A stretch of 64,000 nt of DNA from an uncultured Verrucomicrobiae bacterium (GTDB lineage Bacteria > Verrucomicrobiota > Verrucomicrobiia > Opitutales > JABDGR01), in contig CAVXVB010000005.1 of assembly GCA_963765205.1 (NCBI GenBank), positions 576,001 through 640,000 on the forward strand, read 5' to 3'. Shown here piece by piece: positions 10,228 through 20,514 of the stretch (its first letter is position 1; the number at the start of each line of letters is the position of its first letter). The notes under the pieces are model-generated. The model had not been told where the DNA came from, made no database searches, and worked only from the letters and a program-made list of their open reading frames with translations. Both the position numbers and the translations under genes were made by a program.

Positions 10228-11440
10228 TTAATACTTAACCGTGCCCGAGATCGTAACGACGTTGATGTTATAGGTGGCACCCGGCAGGCTCGAGTCTGTT
10301 CATGAAGTAGGTGTAACCCGCCGAAAGCGTCAGCCAGTTATAGGCCAGCCAGTTGATGGTGATGCCACTTGAGTAGGTGTTGTCGTCGCGGGTGGTCTGG
10401 AGGTATTGCGAGTAGGTGTAATTCAAAATATTGGCCTGCACATTGATGGAGTCCGTATAGGTATAGTTCAAGCCCAGAGCGCCACTGGTGCTTTCCACAT
10501 TTTGGCCTTGGGTGCCCGTGGAAAATCCACGACTGCCCGCCACGGTGAAGTGGACCTTTTCAGAATAGGCATAGGCGAGGTTCAGGCCGTAGCTGGCCGT
10601 CGTGCTGGTGATCGAGGGATTGGTGGTGGTCGCCGTCACATGGTTTTCCGTCACGCCGACGTTGGCGCTACCGGTCAACTTTTGCCAGGAAGTCAATTGG
10701 GCGTTGAGGCTGACTTCATTGCTCTCATGCACCGCCGCCGAGCCGGGGTTGGCCGCGGAGCCCTTGGCATCGGTCTGCTGATAAGTGTAGCCCAAGCCAA
10801 AGCTCAGGTCCGAGCTGTAAACGTAGTAGGCCGTGGCCGGAATGGTATAAGTGTCGGAATTGTTAAAGTTCTGGCCTTCCGAATACAGATAAGTGTTTTG
10901 GGAGTAATCCAGGGCCGCATCAAAGTTGAATTTTTCCGACATGTTCCAATGCACGTCAGCACCACCATTCAGTGTGTCCGTTCGAATGATGGAGGTGAGG
11001 CTGGGGCCACCGACGGCGCTCGGGGTGTTTTGGTAAGATTGCGCATACGAGCCGGTCAAGGTGAAGGTAAAGCGGCTTTGCACGCGGGTATAACTCAAGC
11101 CGATGTTGGACAGTTCCTCATTGAGGGACGGATGCCGGTCATAACGCAGGAACGTCTCGTTATAGCTCAAGGTGCTTTCGCCCACATCGTCCGGTTTGCC
11201 ATAATCCAGCAGGACGCCCGGATTGATGGTAAAGACGAGGTCATCAAACTTGTTGGGGCCGCCCGGGGCGGAGAGGACGTTGGAGTTATAGGCTATGCTC
11301 GCAGCGCCATTGAAGGTCAGGAAATTGGGCCCCAAGCTGTCGAGTGGCGCGGGCAAAGGCGCCGCGGAGAGATGAGACTGAAACGTCACGACCGCGAGCA
11401 GGGCGGCCATGGCAAGCATGGTTTTGGTGGAGAATTTCAT
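10228..11440 (-). CDS. Outer-membrane beta-barrel protein (apparent +1 frameshift near 10297)
   Basis: Signal peptide; Tyr/Asn/Ser-rich amphipathic strands; removing one base extends the end to ...NDSSLPGATYNINVVTISGTVKY*, a typical terminal beta-signal strand. Confidence 0.85.
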
Positions 11441-11787
11441 TGTGATTGGTCCAGTTCGAATGGAGGGGTAGCGACTGAATAGTGAAAGGAAACAGGATTA
11501 GCCCCCCTTGGTCAACCATCTTTTTCCGGGCGACGCAAGCCGGTTTTTCATAAAAAATAACTGCATCGAAACAAGGCCAGGCACCGTGTGGCGCCCCGCG
11601 CCCCTGCCCGTGGCTAAAATGAAGCGTCAGGTATCGGCCTGAATCGAAGAAGCCTCGCCAGGCATCCACAGTTGCCAAAAGGGCGCCAGGCGTCCATTGT
11701 GGGTCAATTGCCTGAGCGTCTTGAGGTTCCAGGGAACCCAACCCCCTGGCCACGGGACTTATCCAACAAGCAACTCGCCTGATTATC

Positions 11788-13524
11788 ATGGCCCACGAAA
11801 ATACCTTCGGAGACCCCAAAGCGGAGATCGTCACCTCGATTTGGTTCGGGCTGGCGGCGATCCGCCGTTATCCGGGCGGCCCGCGCCGGTTGCGGATCCG
11901 CTGGCTGCGCCTCCTGGGCACCACCCTGGGGTTGGGCGCGGTGGCGTGGCTGCTGGCGGCGCTGGCTTTGTATTTCTTCTTCAAACTTTACCGCGGCGAC
12001 CAGGATGAGCGATTCGTCGAGGATCTCACGCTCTTTGTGCCGTCCCATTTCTGGGCGCATGACCGCGAGGTCGGTGAATACTTTCTCAAACAAGGTGAAA
12101 TCAATCTGAATAACCACCAGCTCAATGAAGCCTTGAATGATTTCCGGCTCGGCGTGATGAAAGTGAAGGATAATCTGCACGGCCGCACCATCCTCGCCGA
12201 CTTTTACTATCTTTATTACCGCGGCCAGATTGACAATTCCTTGGACATCCTCGAGGCCGGCCTGCCCTACGCCGTCCAGAACAGCGACTCCGCCGACACC
12301 AATAAAGAACGCCACGACTACATTAATGACTTCCTGCTGCGCCTGCAACAGGCGCACGAACCGGAAAAGCTTGAGAGAATCTGCCTGCAATACCTCAATC
12401 TGCCCACCCCGAGCGTGCGCGACTTGTTTGCCCTCAACCTCGCCTCGCTCTATATTGACTCAGGCCGCTTCGATGACGCCGACGCGCTCATCAAAAAATT
12501 CCAGCTCGAACAGCTTTTGGACGGCGTCCTGCTGGAAAGCCGCCTGTTGCGCGAAAGCGGCCGCATCTACGACGCGCCCAAATACCTGAAGGAGGCCAGC
12601 ACCCGCTTTCCCAACAACAAGTATATCTACGGCCTGTTGTCCGGCTACTACCGGGACCTGGGGGACCTCGATCAATCGGAGGGCTATATCCTGTTGCGCG
12701 AAGAGGCCGCGCCCGACGATCCCGCGCCGCGCATCGAGCGACTGTATATCACCGCCAAACGCGGCGACCAGGCGGAGCTGGCCCTCGAAACGCAGGAGAT
12801 CGCCACCCAATTCCATGCGGACGCCTCCGCGATGATCCTGCTGGCGAGTTTTGCCACCGACCAGGGCAACGTGGAGCTCGCCAAAAGCCTCTTCGACAAC
12901 GCGCAGACCCAGTATCAGATGGACCTAAAGACCATGGGTAAATCCAATTTCAACCTCGCCTCTTTCGCCCTGCTGATCTGCGAGGCCTACCTCACCAACG
13001 ACGACTACCATGGTGCGCTCGCGTATCTGGACACCCTGAACCTCAGCAAGCCGGAGTGGCTCGAACCGAACCGCCTGCTCTTTGACAGCATGCGCGCCGT
13101 GGCCGACTATGGCATTGGCAACTTCTACGATGCCAATGCCTACCTCACCGAGCTCATTAAATCGAACACCACGCGACCCGACACGCTAATGACCATCGCC
13201 AACCGTTTTCTCAGCCATGGCGCCTTCGACCAGGCCCAACGCCTCCTTTACGCCGCCCACCGCATGGACCCGCATAACCAAGCCATCCTTGCCCAGCTTA
13301 TTACCACCAACCTCCAAATGGGTAATTCGGTGGACATGAACCAGAACTTGAAAGATTTGCTCAACACCCGCCGCCCGCCGCTGGACCTTTTGGTTGACGC
13401 CTATCGGCAGCTCGGTTCCGACCGCTTCACCTTTGTCCCCAACCGGGAAGACCTGCTCAACCAGCTGCAGAAGTATATCCACGACGCCACCATCAAGATT
13501 CACCAGGAAGCGGACAATTCGTAA
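11788..13524 (+). CDS. Membrane-anchored TPR-like helical repeat protein
   Basis: 578 aa; one N-terminal TM; helical repeats such as LASLYIDSGRFDDA and AHRMDPHN. Confidence 0.75.
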   Translation: MAHENTFGDPKAEIVTSIWFGLAAIRRYPGGPRRLRIRWLRLLGTTLGLGAVAWLLAALALYFFFKLYRGDQDERFVEDLTLFVPSHFWAHDREVGEYFLKQGEINLNNHQLNEALNDFRLGVMKVKDNLHGRTILADFYYLYYRGQIDNSLDILEAGLPYAVQNSDSADTNKERHDYINDFLLRLQQAHEPEKLERICLQYLNLPTPSVRDLFALNLASLYIDSGRFDDADALIKKFQLEQLLDGVLLESRLLRESGRIYDAPKYLKEASTRFPNNKYIYGLLSGYYRDLGDLDQSEGYILLREEAAPDDPAPRIERLYITAKRGDQAELALETQEIATQFHADASAMILLASFATDQGNVELAKSLFDNAQTQYQMDLKTMGKSNFNLASFALLICEAYLTNDDYHGALAYLDTLNLSKPEWLEPNRLLFDSMRAVADYGIGNFYDANAYLTELIKSNTTRPDTLMTIANRFLSHGAFDQAQRLLYAAHRMDPHNQAILAQLITTNLQMGNSVDMNQNLKDLLNTRRPPLDLLVDAYRQLGSDRFTFVPNREDLLNQLQKYIHDATIKIHQEADNS

Positions 13525-13581
13525 GCCGATCTGAATCCAGTTGGATACTGTTTGCGCCTGGCCTGCCCCCTGACTTTCGTC

Positions 13582-14889
13582 ATGAATATTCGCGCCCTCC
13601 GCTTTGCGGGCCACTGCGCGGCCGGTGTTTTGCTGCTGCCAGGCCTGCCCCCCTTGCTCGCGCAAAGCGCCCCGCCGACCACGCTTCCGCCGGCGGCCCT
13701 GGCCAGCGCCAGCAATGCGTTTGCCTGCGACCTCTACCGGCAAATCGCGACCGCGCCACAGGCCAATGTTTTTTTCTCACCGTGGAGCCTGGAGACCGCC
13801 CTGGCCATGACCTGGGCCGGCGCGCGCGGCGACACCGCCACGCAAATGGCCCAGACCTTGCATCTCGAAGGCCAAACCACCGACCAGGTGACCCCCGCCT
13901 TCGCGATCTTGCAGCAGGCGCTCGCCGACGCCGGCAAGCAGGCGGGCGTGCAACTCGCCGTGGCCAATTCGCTCTGGCTCGAACAGTATTTCACGTTCCG
14001 TCCCGAGTTCATAAAAATAGTTCAAACTAATTTTTTGTCCGATGCGTTCACCGTGGACTACCGGACGCAGGCCGAGGCCGCGCGCCTGCGCATCAATGCC
14101 TGGGTCGCGGAGCAAACCCAGCAGCGCATCCCGAACCTCCTCCAGCCCGGCGATGTGGGCCCGAGCACCCGCCTCGTCCTCGTGAACGCCATCTACTTCA
14201 AAGGCAACTGGGTGGAGAAATTTGACGCGCAAGCAACTACAACCGCCGCGTTCACCCTCAGTGATGGCAGTGTGAAACAAACTGCCTTCATGCATCATGC
14301 CATGCATGGCGCGCGCTACGCCGAGCTGCCCGGCGACGCGACGCCATTGCAAATCCTCGCCCTGCCTTACAAGGGAAACAGCCTCGAATTCGTCGCGCTG
14401 TTGCCGAAAACGCCCGCGGACCTGCCCGCGCTGGAGAAGTCCCTTACTGCCGATAAGTTGGCATCCTGGCTGGGCCGCCTGCCGACCGGAGGAGGCCCGG
14501 TGGATGTTTATCTGCCCAAGTTCAAGGTCGAGGCGCATTACGGACTGGTGGAACCCTTGCAAGCGCTCGGCATGAAAGAGGCGTTTAACGGAACGGTGCA
14601 GGCAGCGGGCGACGTGGGTAGTTTGGATGACCAAGTGAAGGCTGATTTTTCCGGCATGGACGGCCGGCGCGATCTTTTTATCAACAACGTCGTCCATCAG
14701 GCGTTTGTTGAGGTGAACGAGGAAGGGACGGAGGCGGCCGCGGCCACGGGCGTCGTCATGAACGCGCTGGCTGTGCGGGCCGGCCCGGTGCCCGTCTTCC
14801 GCGCCGACCATCCGTTCCTTTTTCTGATTCGCGACCCGGCCAGCGGCGCCATATTATTCCTGGGCCGCTTGGCCACGCCGGCGGATTAA
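13582..14889 (+). CDS. Secreted serpin (serine protease inhibitor)
   Basis: NVFFSPWS, LVLVNAIYFKGNW, LPKFK, hinge EEGTEAAAAT, FRADHPFLFLIRD; signal-peptide-like N-terminus. Confidence 0.96.
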   Translation: MNIRALRFAGHCAAGVLLLPGLPPLLAQSAPPTTLPPAALASASNAFACDLYRQIATAPQANVFFSPWSLETALAMTWAGARGDTATQMAQTLHLEGQTTDQVTPAFAILQQALADAGKQAGVQLAVANSLWLEQYFTFRPEFIKIVQTNFLSDAFTVDYRTQAEAARLRINAWVAEQTQQRIPNLLQPGDVGPSTRLVLVNAIYFKGNWVEKFDAQATTTAAFTLSDGSVKQTAFMHHAMHGARYAELPGDATPLQILALPYKGNSLEFVALLPKTPADLPALEKSLTADKLASWLGRLPTGGGPVDVYLPKFKVEAHYGLVEPLQALGMKEAFNGTVQAAGDVGSLDDQVKADFSGMDGRRDLFINNVVHQAFVEVNEEGTEAAAATGVVMNALAVRAGPVPVFRADHPFLFLIRDPASGAILFLGRLATPAD

Positions 14890-15725
14890 GGCGGCCAATC
14901 GAAATCCAAGGCACCCGAATAGGGTTTGTGGCTGCCATCCGCGATGCCCTGCGGTTGATTGTCGTTTACTTTAATGGTCAAAAATTGCACCTGGCTGACT
15001 TTTACTTCCACGGGACCACTGGAAGTGACGGTTTGCGAGGCGCCTTTTTTGAGTGGCTTGGTGTAAAGCGGTTTGCGTCCGTCCAGTTGGACGACTTGCA
15101 GGCTCGCGATGTCGTCACTGGCGGTGAAAACCAATTTCAACATCCCGGGTGCGGGCGGCGTGGCGATGGGCGTGGGCATCGGCGCGGGCGAAGTGGCTGC
15201 TGGTAATGATGTATTCCCGGAGGTTGCCATGCTGGCCGACTTGTCGGTGTTTTCGGTGCTGGTGCCGCTATTAAGCAAATGCTGCAAGCCCAGGAATAAC
15301 ACCACAATACCCGCCACTGCGAGGAGGAGGTAGGCCACCAGGCGAATGAGGGCCATTTGGTTCTTCGCGCGTTCTGAGTCGTAATCTTTTGCGCCACCCG
15401 ACTCGCGCCCAGCGGCCGCGCCGCCCGCCAGCTGAGCGCCGGGGGCGTCCAGCCGTCCCAGGTTGTTGCGGTCACCGCGGCCCGCGCTGGAAAACTGCGT
15501 GGCGTAATCGGCGGCGAGCTGGCCGGCGTCGAGCTTGAGGTAACGGGCGTAAATTTTCAGGAAACCGACCTTGTAAATTTCCGGCAGCGAGAAATCGAAC
15601 GTGCCCGTCTCCATGGACTGGAGATAGTCGGTGCGGATTTTGGTGGCTTCGGAGGCTTCGCGCAAAGCGATACCCAGACGCTTGCGCGCCTCGGCCAGCC
15701 GGTCGCCCACATTTTGCATGCTCAC
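14886..15725 (-). CDS. rodZ: RodZ-like HTH membrane protein
   Basis: N-terminal HTH (VGDRLAEARKRLGIALREASEATKIRTDYL...GFLKIYARYL), single TM, Pro-rich linker, periplasmic beta domain. Confidence 0.8.
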   Translation of the reverse strand: MSMQNVGDRLAEARKRLGIALREASEATKIRTDYLQSMETGTFDFSLPEIYKVGFLKIYARYLKLDAGQLAADYATQFSSAGRGDRNNLGRLDAPGAQLAGGAAAGRESGGAKDYDSERAKNQMALIRLVAYLLLAVAGIVVLFLGLQHLLNSGTSTENTDKSASMATSGNTSLPAATSPAPMPTPIATPPAPGMLKLVFTASDDIASLQVVQLDGRKPLYTKPLKKGASQTVTSSGPVEVKVSQVQFLTIKVNDNQPQGIADGSHKPYSGALDFDWPP

Positions 15726-15827
15726 GAGAGCGGGTGTAATGGAAAAGCGCAGCGGGTGGCAACTCCTTTTCCAGGAATATCTTGGTGGGGGCGAAATTCT
15801 CCCCTCCGGTTTGCAGCCCGGCGCCGG

Positions 15828-17015
15828 TTACGCCCCGGCTTCCAGCAGGCGGATGCGGCGGTTTTGCAGGGGGAATTGGAGGGTGACGGTCGTGCCCCGG
15901 CCCACCGTGCTTTCGAGGGAAATCTGGCCGCCATGCGCGCGCATGATGCGCTGCGCGATCATCATGCCGAGGCCGTGCCCGCCGCGCTTAGTTGAGAAAT
16001 AGGGCTGGAACACGCGCGGCAAATCCGCCTGCGCGATGCCCACGCCGTTGTCGGCGACGGCAATCTGCACCCAAGCGTCGTCCACCCGCGCTTCGAGGCG
16101 CAGGCGGCCGCCGCGCTCCATCGCCTCCATCGCGTTTTTAAGCAGGTTGAAAAACACCTGCTTGAGCTGGTTGCGGTCGCCCAAGACCGGCGGCGGCGCT
16201 TGCACGACCTCGACTTCGACGCGGATGCCGAGGTTTTCCAACTCCTGCTGCCGCAGCGCGAGCACCTCGGCCAGCAGGGCGAGCAAATCCACCTCGGCCA
16301 AATCCGGCGGCTGCGGGCGGAGGGCCTCGAGAAAATGGCGGATAATGCCATCAAGCCGTTCGACCTCGGCCACGCAGATGTCGGCCGACTCCTTGATTTT
16401 TTGGGTGGCCGCGCTGTCGCGCAACTTGGCGATTTGGCGCTCGATGAGCTGCAAATGGATGTTCATCGAGTTGAGCGGGTTGCCCAGCTCGTGCGCGACA
16501 CCCGCGGCCAGCATTGTGACGGAGTCGAGCCGCTCGCTCTCGATCAGGTCGCGGGTCGAGCGCTGCTCCTCGGTGACATCGCTGAGGATGATGGCGAACT
16601 GGCCCTCCGCGCCGCGCTTGCGGTCCGCCGCCAGCGGCACGACGTAGAGGCGCACATGGCGGCGCTCCGGGTAGGTGATTTCCAGCTCGCGCGTGAGGGC
16701 GCGGGCGGGCGGTGGGTCGCCGCTCGGGCGCGGGGCGAAGTCGAGCGCGCGCGCCAGTTCGGGCAGCACTTTCCAGAGGCGCGCCTGGCCGGCGTCGCGC
16801 TCGCGCAGGCCGAGGAGGGTCCGCGCCGCGGTGTTGGTGTATTGGATGACGCCGTCGCGGTCCACCACGAGGATGCCGTCCTTGATGGTGTTGAAAACGG
16901 TCTCGAGCGTCTCGCGCTCGCGCGCCAGGCGCTGGGCGAGGATGGCGAGGTTGCCCGGATCGAGGTCGTCAATCCGGCCCAGGATGCGTTCGAGAGGGTG
17001 GCCGCGGCGGGACAT
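15828..17015 (-). CDS. PAS-domain sensor histidine kinase
   Basis: PAS (FNTIKDGILVVD), H-box GVAHELGNPL, QVFFNLLKNA, DNGVGI, GHGLG. Confidence 0.93.
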   Translation of the reverse strand: MSRRGHPLERILGRIDDLDPGNLAILAQRLARERETLETVFNTIKDGILVVDRDGVIQYTNTAARTLLGLRERDAGQARLWKVLPELARALDFAPRPSGDPPPARALTRELEITYPERRHVRLYVVPLAADRKRGAEGQFAIILSDVTEEQRSTRDLIESERLDSVTMLAAGVAHELGNPLNSMNIHLQLIERQIAKLRDSAATQKIKESADICVAEVERLDGIIRHFLEALRPQPPDLAEVDLLALLAEVLALRQQELENLGIRVEVEVVQAPPPVLGDRNQLKQVFFNLLKNAMEAMERGGRLRLEARVDDAWVQIAVADNGVGIAQADLPRVFQPYFSTKRGGHGLGMMIAQRIMRAHGGQISLESTVGRGTTVTLQFPLQNRRIRLLEAGA

Positions 17016-17021
17016 GACTTT

Positions 17022-17195
17022 TTAAGGCCGGGGGCTTTTCGTGCGTTTCCGGCGAAACGGAGCCAACAATTTTTCTCCCGTGTCGTTCAGACGCAGGTAA
17101 TAGCCGGGGGCGTTTTCCGCCTCACGCGCAATCTGTTCCTTGATCCGCCTGACTTCCAGCAAGACTTTCGGTTCGCTAATTGCAGGAATTTTCAT
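17022..17195 (-). CDS. Small hypothetical protein coupled to PIN gene (putative antitoxin)
   Basis: MKIPAISEPKVLLEVRRIKEQIARE...; ATG overlaps the PIN stop (ATGA). Confidence 0.6.
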   Translation of the reverse strand: MKIPAISEPKVLLEVRRIKEQIAREAENAPGYYLRLNDTGEKLLAPFRRKRTKSPRP

Positions 17196-17648
17196 AAGCC
17201 GATCACCTCCTCCGGAGTATGAATGCGAATGGGCGCCAAGCCCATCACCAAATTGCTCCGGTTGATGTTTTCGATGCGCCGCACATTGGCCAAGTGTTTC
17301 ATGTTCCAGGTTACCACAACATCCAGGCGGTTGAGAACTGCAATCGCCACATGCAAGGCGTCGTTGCGATAGCGCGCGGGCAGCGCCCCGTCGGCCACAT
17401 AACGTTGCGCGAGACCTTCCCGGGATAATACCGAGCAGTTGTGGATCAAGGCGGGCGACCACGGCCAACAATTTTCCGCGTAGGCTTGGCTCGGCCCGGT
17501 TCAATTCCGCCAGGACAAGTTCGGACACAAAATACTCGTCCGGGCTGATGCCCGACCATGCAAAGAATCGTTCGGTGGCAACTTTCTTTTCGGGCGCGTC
17601 ATCCGCAAAGAGAAAGTTCGGCACCGTGGTTTCAATATACAGTTTCAC
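17192..17648 (-). pseudogene. PIN-domain (VapC-like) toxin, frameshifted near 17420
   Basis: 5' frame KLYIETTVPN...VSELVLAEL; 3' frame NDALHVAIA...DVVVTWNMKHLAN...IHTPEEV. Confidence 0.8.
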
Positions 17649-17653
17649 GAGAG

Positions 17654-17842
17654 CTACTTTATGAGATTCGTGGCGAGGTCGGCGGGAAGGTCGTCCGCCA
17701 TGCCGTCGAAATCCTTGAGCGTTTCCCACAACGTGGGAGGCTGCTCTTCGGCCAATTCAAAGCGCACCCGCGTTCCCGTCGGCCAGGGTGTTCCCGGCGG
17801 CAGCACAATTTTGCCCGCTTCGACTGTGGCAGAGATGCTCAT
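17654..17842 (-). CDS. Putative antitoxin (swapped-hairpin/AbrB-like N-terminus)
   Basis: MSISATVEAGKIVLPPGTPWPTGTRVRFE...DDLPADLATN; directly upstream of PIN gene. Confidence 0.7.
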   Translation of the reverse strand: MSISATVEAGKIVLPPGTPWPTGTRVRFELAEEQPPTLWETLKDFDGMADDLPADLATNLIK

Positions 17843-17896
17843 TTTCGGCCTAGTTTGCACAATACTAACTCCTTATGCAACGGGATTTTTGACTTC

Positions 17897-18541
17897 TCAT
17901 ATTGCAGTTTTGGACAAACGCACAATTAATTCCCGTGCCAATTTCGCCTTCGGCGCGGGGCCGAGGGCGGCACGCGTGCCGTCGCGGCCGATTAAGATTA
18001 CCGTGTTGTGGTCGGACTCGAAGCCGGCGCCGGGGCGGCCCACGCGGTTGGCGATGATGAAATCGAGGTTTTTTTCCCGAAGCTTGCGGCGCGCGTAGGT
18101 TTCGAGGTGGCGGGTCTCGGCTGCGAAGCCGACCACAAGCTGGCCGGGGCGTTTGCGCGCCGCGACTTTTTGCAAAATGTCCACCGTCGGCTCGAACTCG
18201 ACGACCAAACCGGCCCGTCCTTTTTTGACTTTGTCGGCGAAGGTTTTTTTCGGGCGGAAGTCGCTGACCGCGGCGCACATCAGCAGCACGTCGCAGCGCG
18301 CGAACAATTTTTCCACGGCGGCCAGCATCTCTACCGCCGAGACGACGCGCCGCACCTTGACCCCCGCCGGGGGCGGCAGCGCGACCGGCCCGCTGACCAA
18401 ATCCACGCGCCAGCCCGCCGCCGCCGCCGCCGCCGCCAGCGCATAGCCCATCTTGCCGCTCGAGGGGTTGCTCAGGAAGCGGACGGGGTCGAGGTGCTCG
18501 CGCGTCGGCCCGGCAGTGATAAGACAGCGGATGGGTTTCAT
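17897..18541 (-). CDS. coaB: Phosphopantothenate-cysteine ligase (stand-alone CoaB domain)
   Basis: [39 protein letters not shown]; no CoaC domain. Confidence 0.92.
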   Translation of the reverse strand: MKPIRCLITAGPTREHLDPVRFLSNPSSGKMGYALAAAAAAAGWRVDLVSGPVALPPPAGVKVRRVVSAVEMLAAVEKLFARCDVLLMCAAVSDFRPKKTFADKVKKGRAGLVVEFEPTVDILQKVAARKRPGQLVVGFAAETRHLETYARRKLREKNLDFIIANRVGRPGAGFESDHNTVILIGRDGTRAALGPAPKAKLARELIVRLSKTAI

Positions 18542-18555
18542 GAAGAAATTAATTG

Positions 18556-18651
18556 AACCACGGAGAGCACTGAGAACACGGAGGAGGAATAGTTTCGAGT
18601 TTCGGGTTTCGAGTTGAATTCCTCTCCGTGTTCTCCGTGCTCTCCGTGGTT
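18556..18651. repeat. Inverted 9-mer repeat hairpin with a 7-mer array in the loop
   Basis: AACCACGGAGAGCACTGAGAACACGGAG...CTCCGTGTTCTCCGTGCTCTCCGTGGTT; loop has GTTTCGA/GTTTCGG/GTTTCGA. Confidence 0.85.
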
Positions 18652-19598
18652 TACATCTTCCTAAAGCATTTTTCGGCGGCAACGCAATCGCGCGCAATTT
18701 GCTCGCGCAAGGCATCCAACGTCGCGAATTTTTTCTCGGGGCGCAAGAACTCCAGCCACTCGACGCGCACCCGCGCGCGCGGGCCGGGCGCTGGGCCGCG
18801 GCCGAGCAGGTGCGTTTCGAGGAGTGGTTTCACCGGCCCTTGTTCGACCGTCGGGCGCACGCCGTAATTGGCCACTCCACGCCGCCAGCGGCCCGTGGTT
18901 GTGCGCAGGCGCACCACATAAACACCGTAGGCTGGCCGCGTCTCCGGTTCCCAGACCACGTTGAGCGTCGGGAAACCAAGTTGGCGGCCTTGTTGGCGGC
19001 CGGGCTGGACGACGCCGTCGCAATAATAGGTGTAGCCGAGGAGCCGGCCCGCAGTGGCGATGGCGCCGCGCGCGAGCAGTTCGCGGATGCGCGTGCTGGA
19101 AACGGGCCGGCCATTGTGCCGCAGCCGGGCGACGCTGACCACGGCGAGGCCTCGTTCGCGCCCAGTCCGCACCAGCAAGGCGACATCCCCCGCGCGCCCA
19201 TGCCCGAAGCGGAAATTCTCGCCGACATAAACCGCGGCCAGATTCGGCAGGCGTTTTTTCAAATAGGCGAGAAAATGCTCCGCGCGCAGGCGCGCGAACC
19301 CGCGCGTAAACGGCTGGGTAATGACGAGGCGGACGCCGAACGTGCGCAAAAACTGCGTCTTTTGCTCCGGCGGCATGAGCAGCCGGGTTGGCGTTTCTGG
19401 CCGGAACAGGCGGCTCGGGTGCGGATAAAAAGTCAGCACGGCCGCGGTACCACCGTCCTGGCGCGCCGAGTGCAGCGCGGCCTCGATGACTGCCTGATGG
19501 CCGAGGTGTACGCCGTCGAACATGCCGATGGCCAAATGCAGCGGCCCCGGCGGGGGCCGGGCGTTGGCAAGCGAAACGGCATGAGGTTGGGCGCTCAT
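18651..19598 (-). CDS. ribF: Bifunctional riboflavin kinase/FAD synthetase
   Basis: IGMFDGVHLGH, VGENFRFG, VSSTRIR, GRQLGFPTLN, GVRPT, ETHL. Confidence 0.96.
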   Translation of the reverse strand: MSAQPHAVSLANARPPPGPLHLAIGMFDGVHLGHQAVIEAALHSARQDGGTAAVLTFYPHPSRLFRPETPTRLLMPPEQKTQFLRTFGVRLVITQPFTRGFARLRAEHFLAYLKKRLPNLAAVYVGENFRFGHGRAGDVALLVRTGRERGLAVVSVARLRHNGRPVSSTRIRELLARGAIATAGRLLGYTYYCDGVVQPGRQQGRQLGFPTLNVVWEPETRPAYGVYVVRLRTTTGRWRRGVANYGVRPTVEQGPVKPLLETHLLGRGPAPGPRARVRVEWLEFLRPEKKFATLDALREQIARDCVAAEKCFRKM

Positions 19599-19661
19599 GA
19601 GGCGGAAGGGAAAATGGAAATTCCAGTCTATCACGGACGCCGGGTAGAGGCGTCTCTCCCA

Positions 19662-20390
19662 TTACAGCACATGGCTGGGCACAGCCTGGTAAACGGGAAT
19701 GAGGCGGCGGCGGACGTTGGCGTGGCTCAGTGTGTCGAACTGGGCGAGCGCGGCGGCGTCGGCGATGCGAAACTGGCCCGAGGCGGTGCGGCGCAGGGCA
19801 TTGAGCGTCGCGCCGCAGCCGAGCTTGGTTCCCAAGTCGTGCGTGATGGTGCGCACGTAGGTGCCCTTCGAGCTGCGCAGGCGGAAGGTGGCCGTGGGCG
19901 GCGTGAATTCGAGCAACTCAAAAACATCCACACGAATGAAGCGCGGCTCGCGTTCGACCACCTGACCCTTGCGCGCGAGCTTGTAGAGCGGCACGCCATG
20001 GATTTTTTTCGCGGAGAACATGGGCGGGGTCTGGAACTGGTCGCCGACAAAGGTCTGCATCGCGGCGCGCAAGCCGGCGGCGTCCAGCTCCGGCACGGGA
20101 TGGGTCGCGACAATTTCGCCGTCGGCGTCATGCGAATCGGTGATTTTGCCCAGTTCAAAAGCACCCTCGTATTCCTTGTCGAGGCTGGTCAGGTATTGCG
20201 ATACCTTGGTGGCGCGGCCGACGAGGATGACCAACAGGCCGGTGGCCAGCGGATCAAGCGTGCCAGCGTGGCCGATTTGGCGGAGGCCCAAGCGGTGGCG
20301 CAGCCGCGCGACGACGTCATGCGAGGTCATGCCGCTGGGTTTGTCCACGAGGAGAATCCCCTCGAGTTGATGCGGATCGGACGCAGGCAT
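19662..20390 (-). CDS. truB: tRNA pseudouridine(55) synthase
   Basis: [40 protein letters not shown]. Confidence 0.97.
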   Translation of the reverse strand: MPASDPHQLEGILLVDKPSGMTSHDVVARLRHRLGLRQIGHAGTLDPLATGLLVILVGRATKVSQYLTSLDKEYEGAFELGKITDSHDADGEIVATHPVPELDAAGLRAAMQTFVGDQFQTPPMFSAKKIHGVPLYKLARKGQVVEREPRFIRVDVFELLEFTPPTATFRLRSSKGTYVRTITHDLGTKLGCGATLNALRRTASGQFRIADAAALAQFDTLSHANVRRRLIPVYQAVPSHVL

Positions 20391-20394
20391 GGGG

Positions 20395-20514
20395 GAATTA
20401 GGAAGGATGAAGGATGAAGGATGAAACAAAGTTGGATAATTATGCGAAGAAGGGCCTGGAACGGATGGCTCTGGAAGCTTACTTCCTAATTCTTAAAATC
20501 ATAATTCATAATTC
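20395..20514. repeat. Opposed 7-mer tandem arrays
   Basis: GAATTAG-(GAAGGAT)3 at 20395-20426 and CTTACTT-CCTAATT...(TCATAAT)2 at 20478-20514. Confidence 0.7.
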
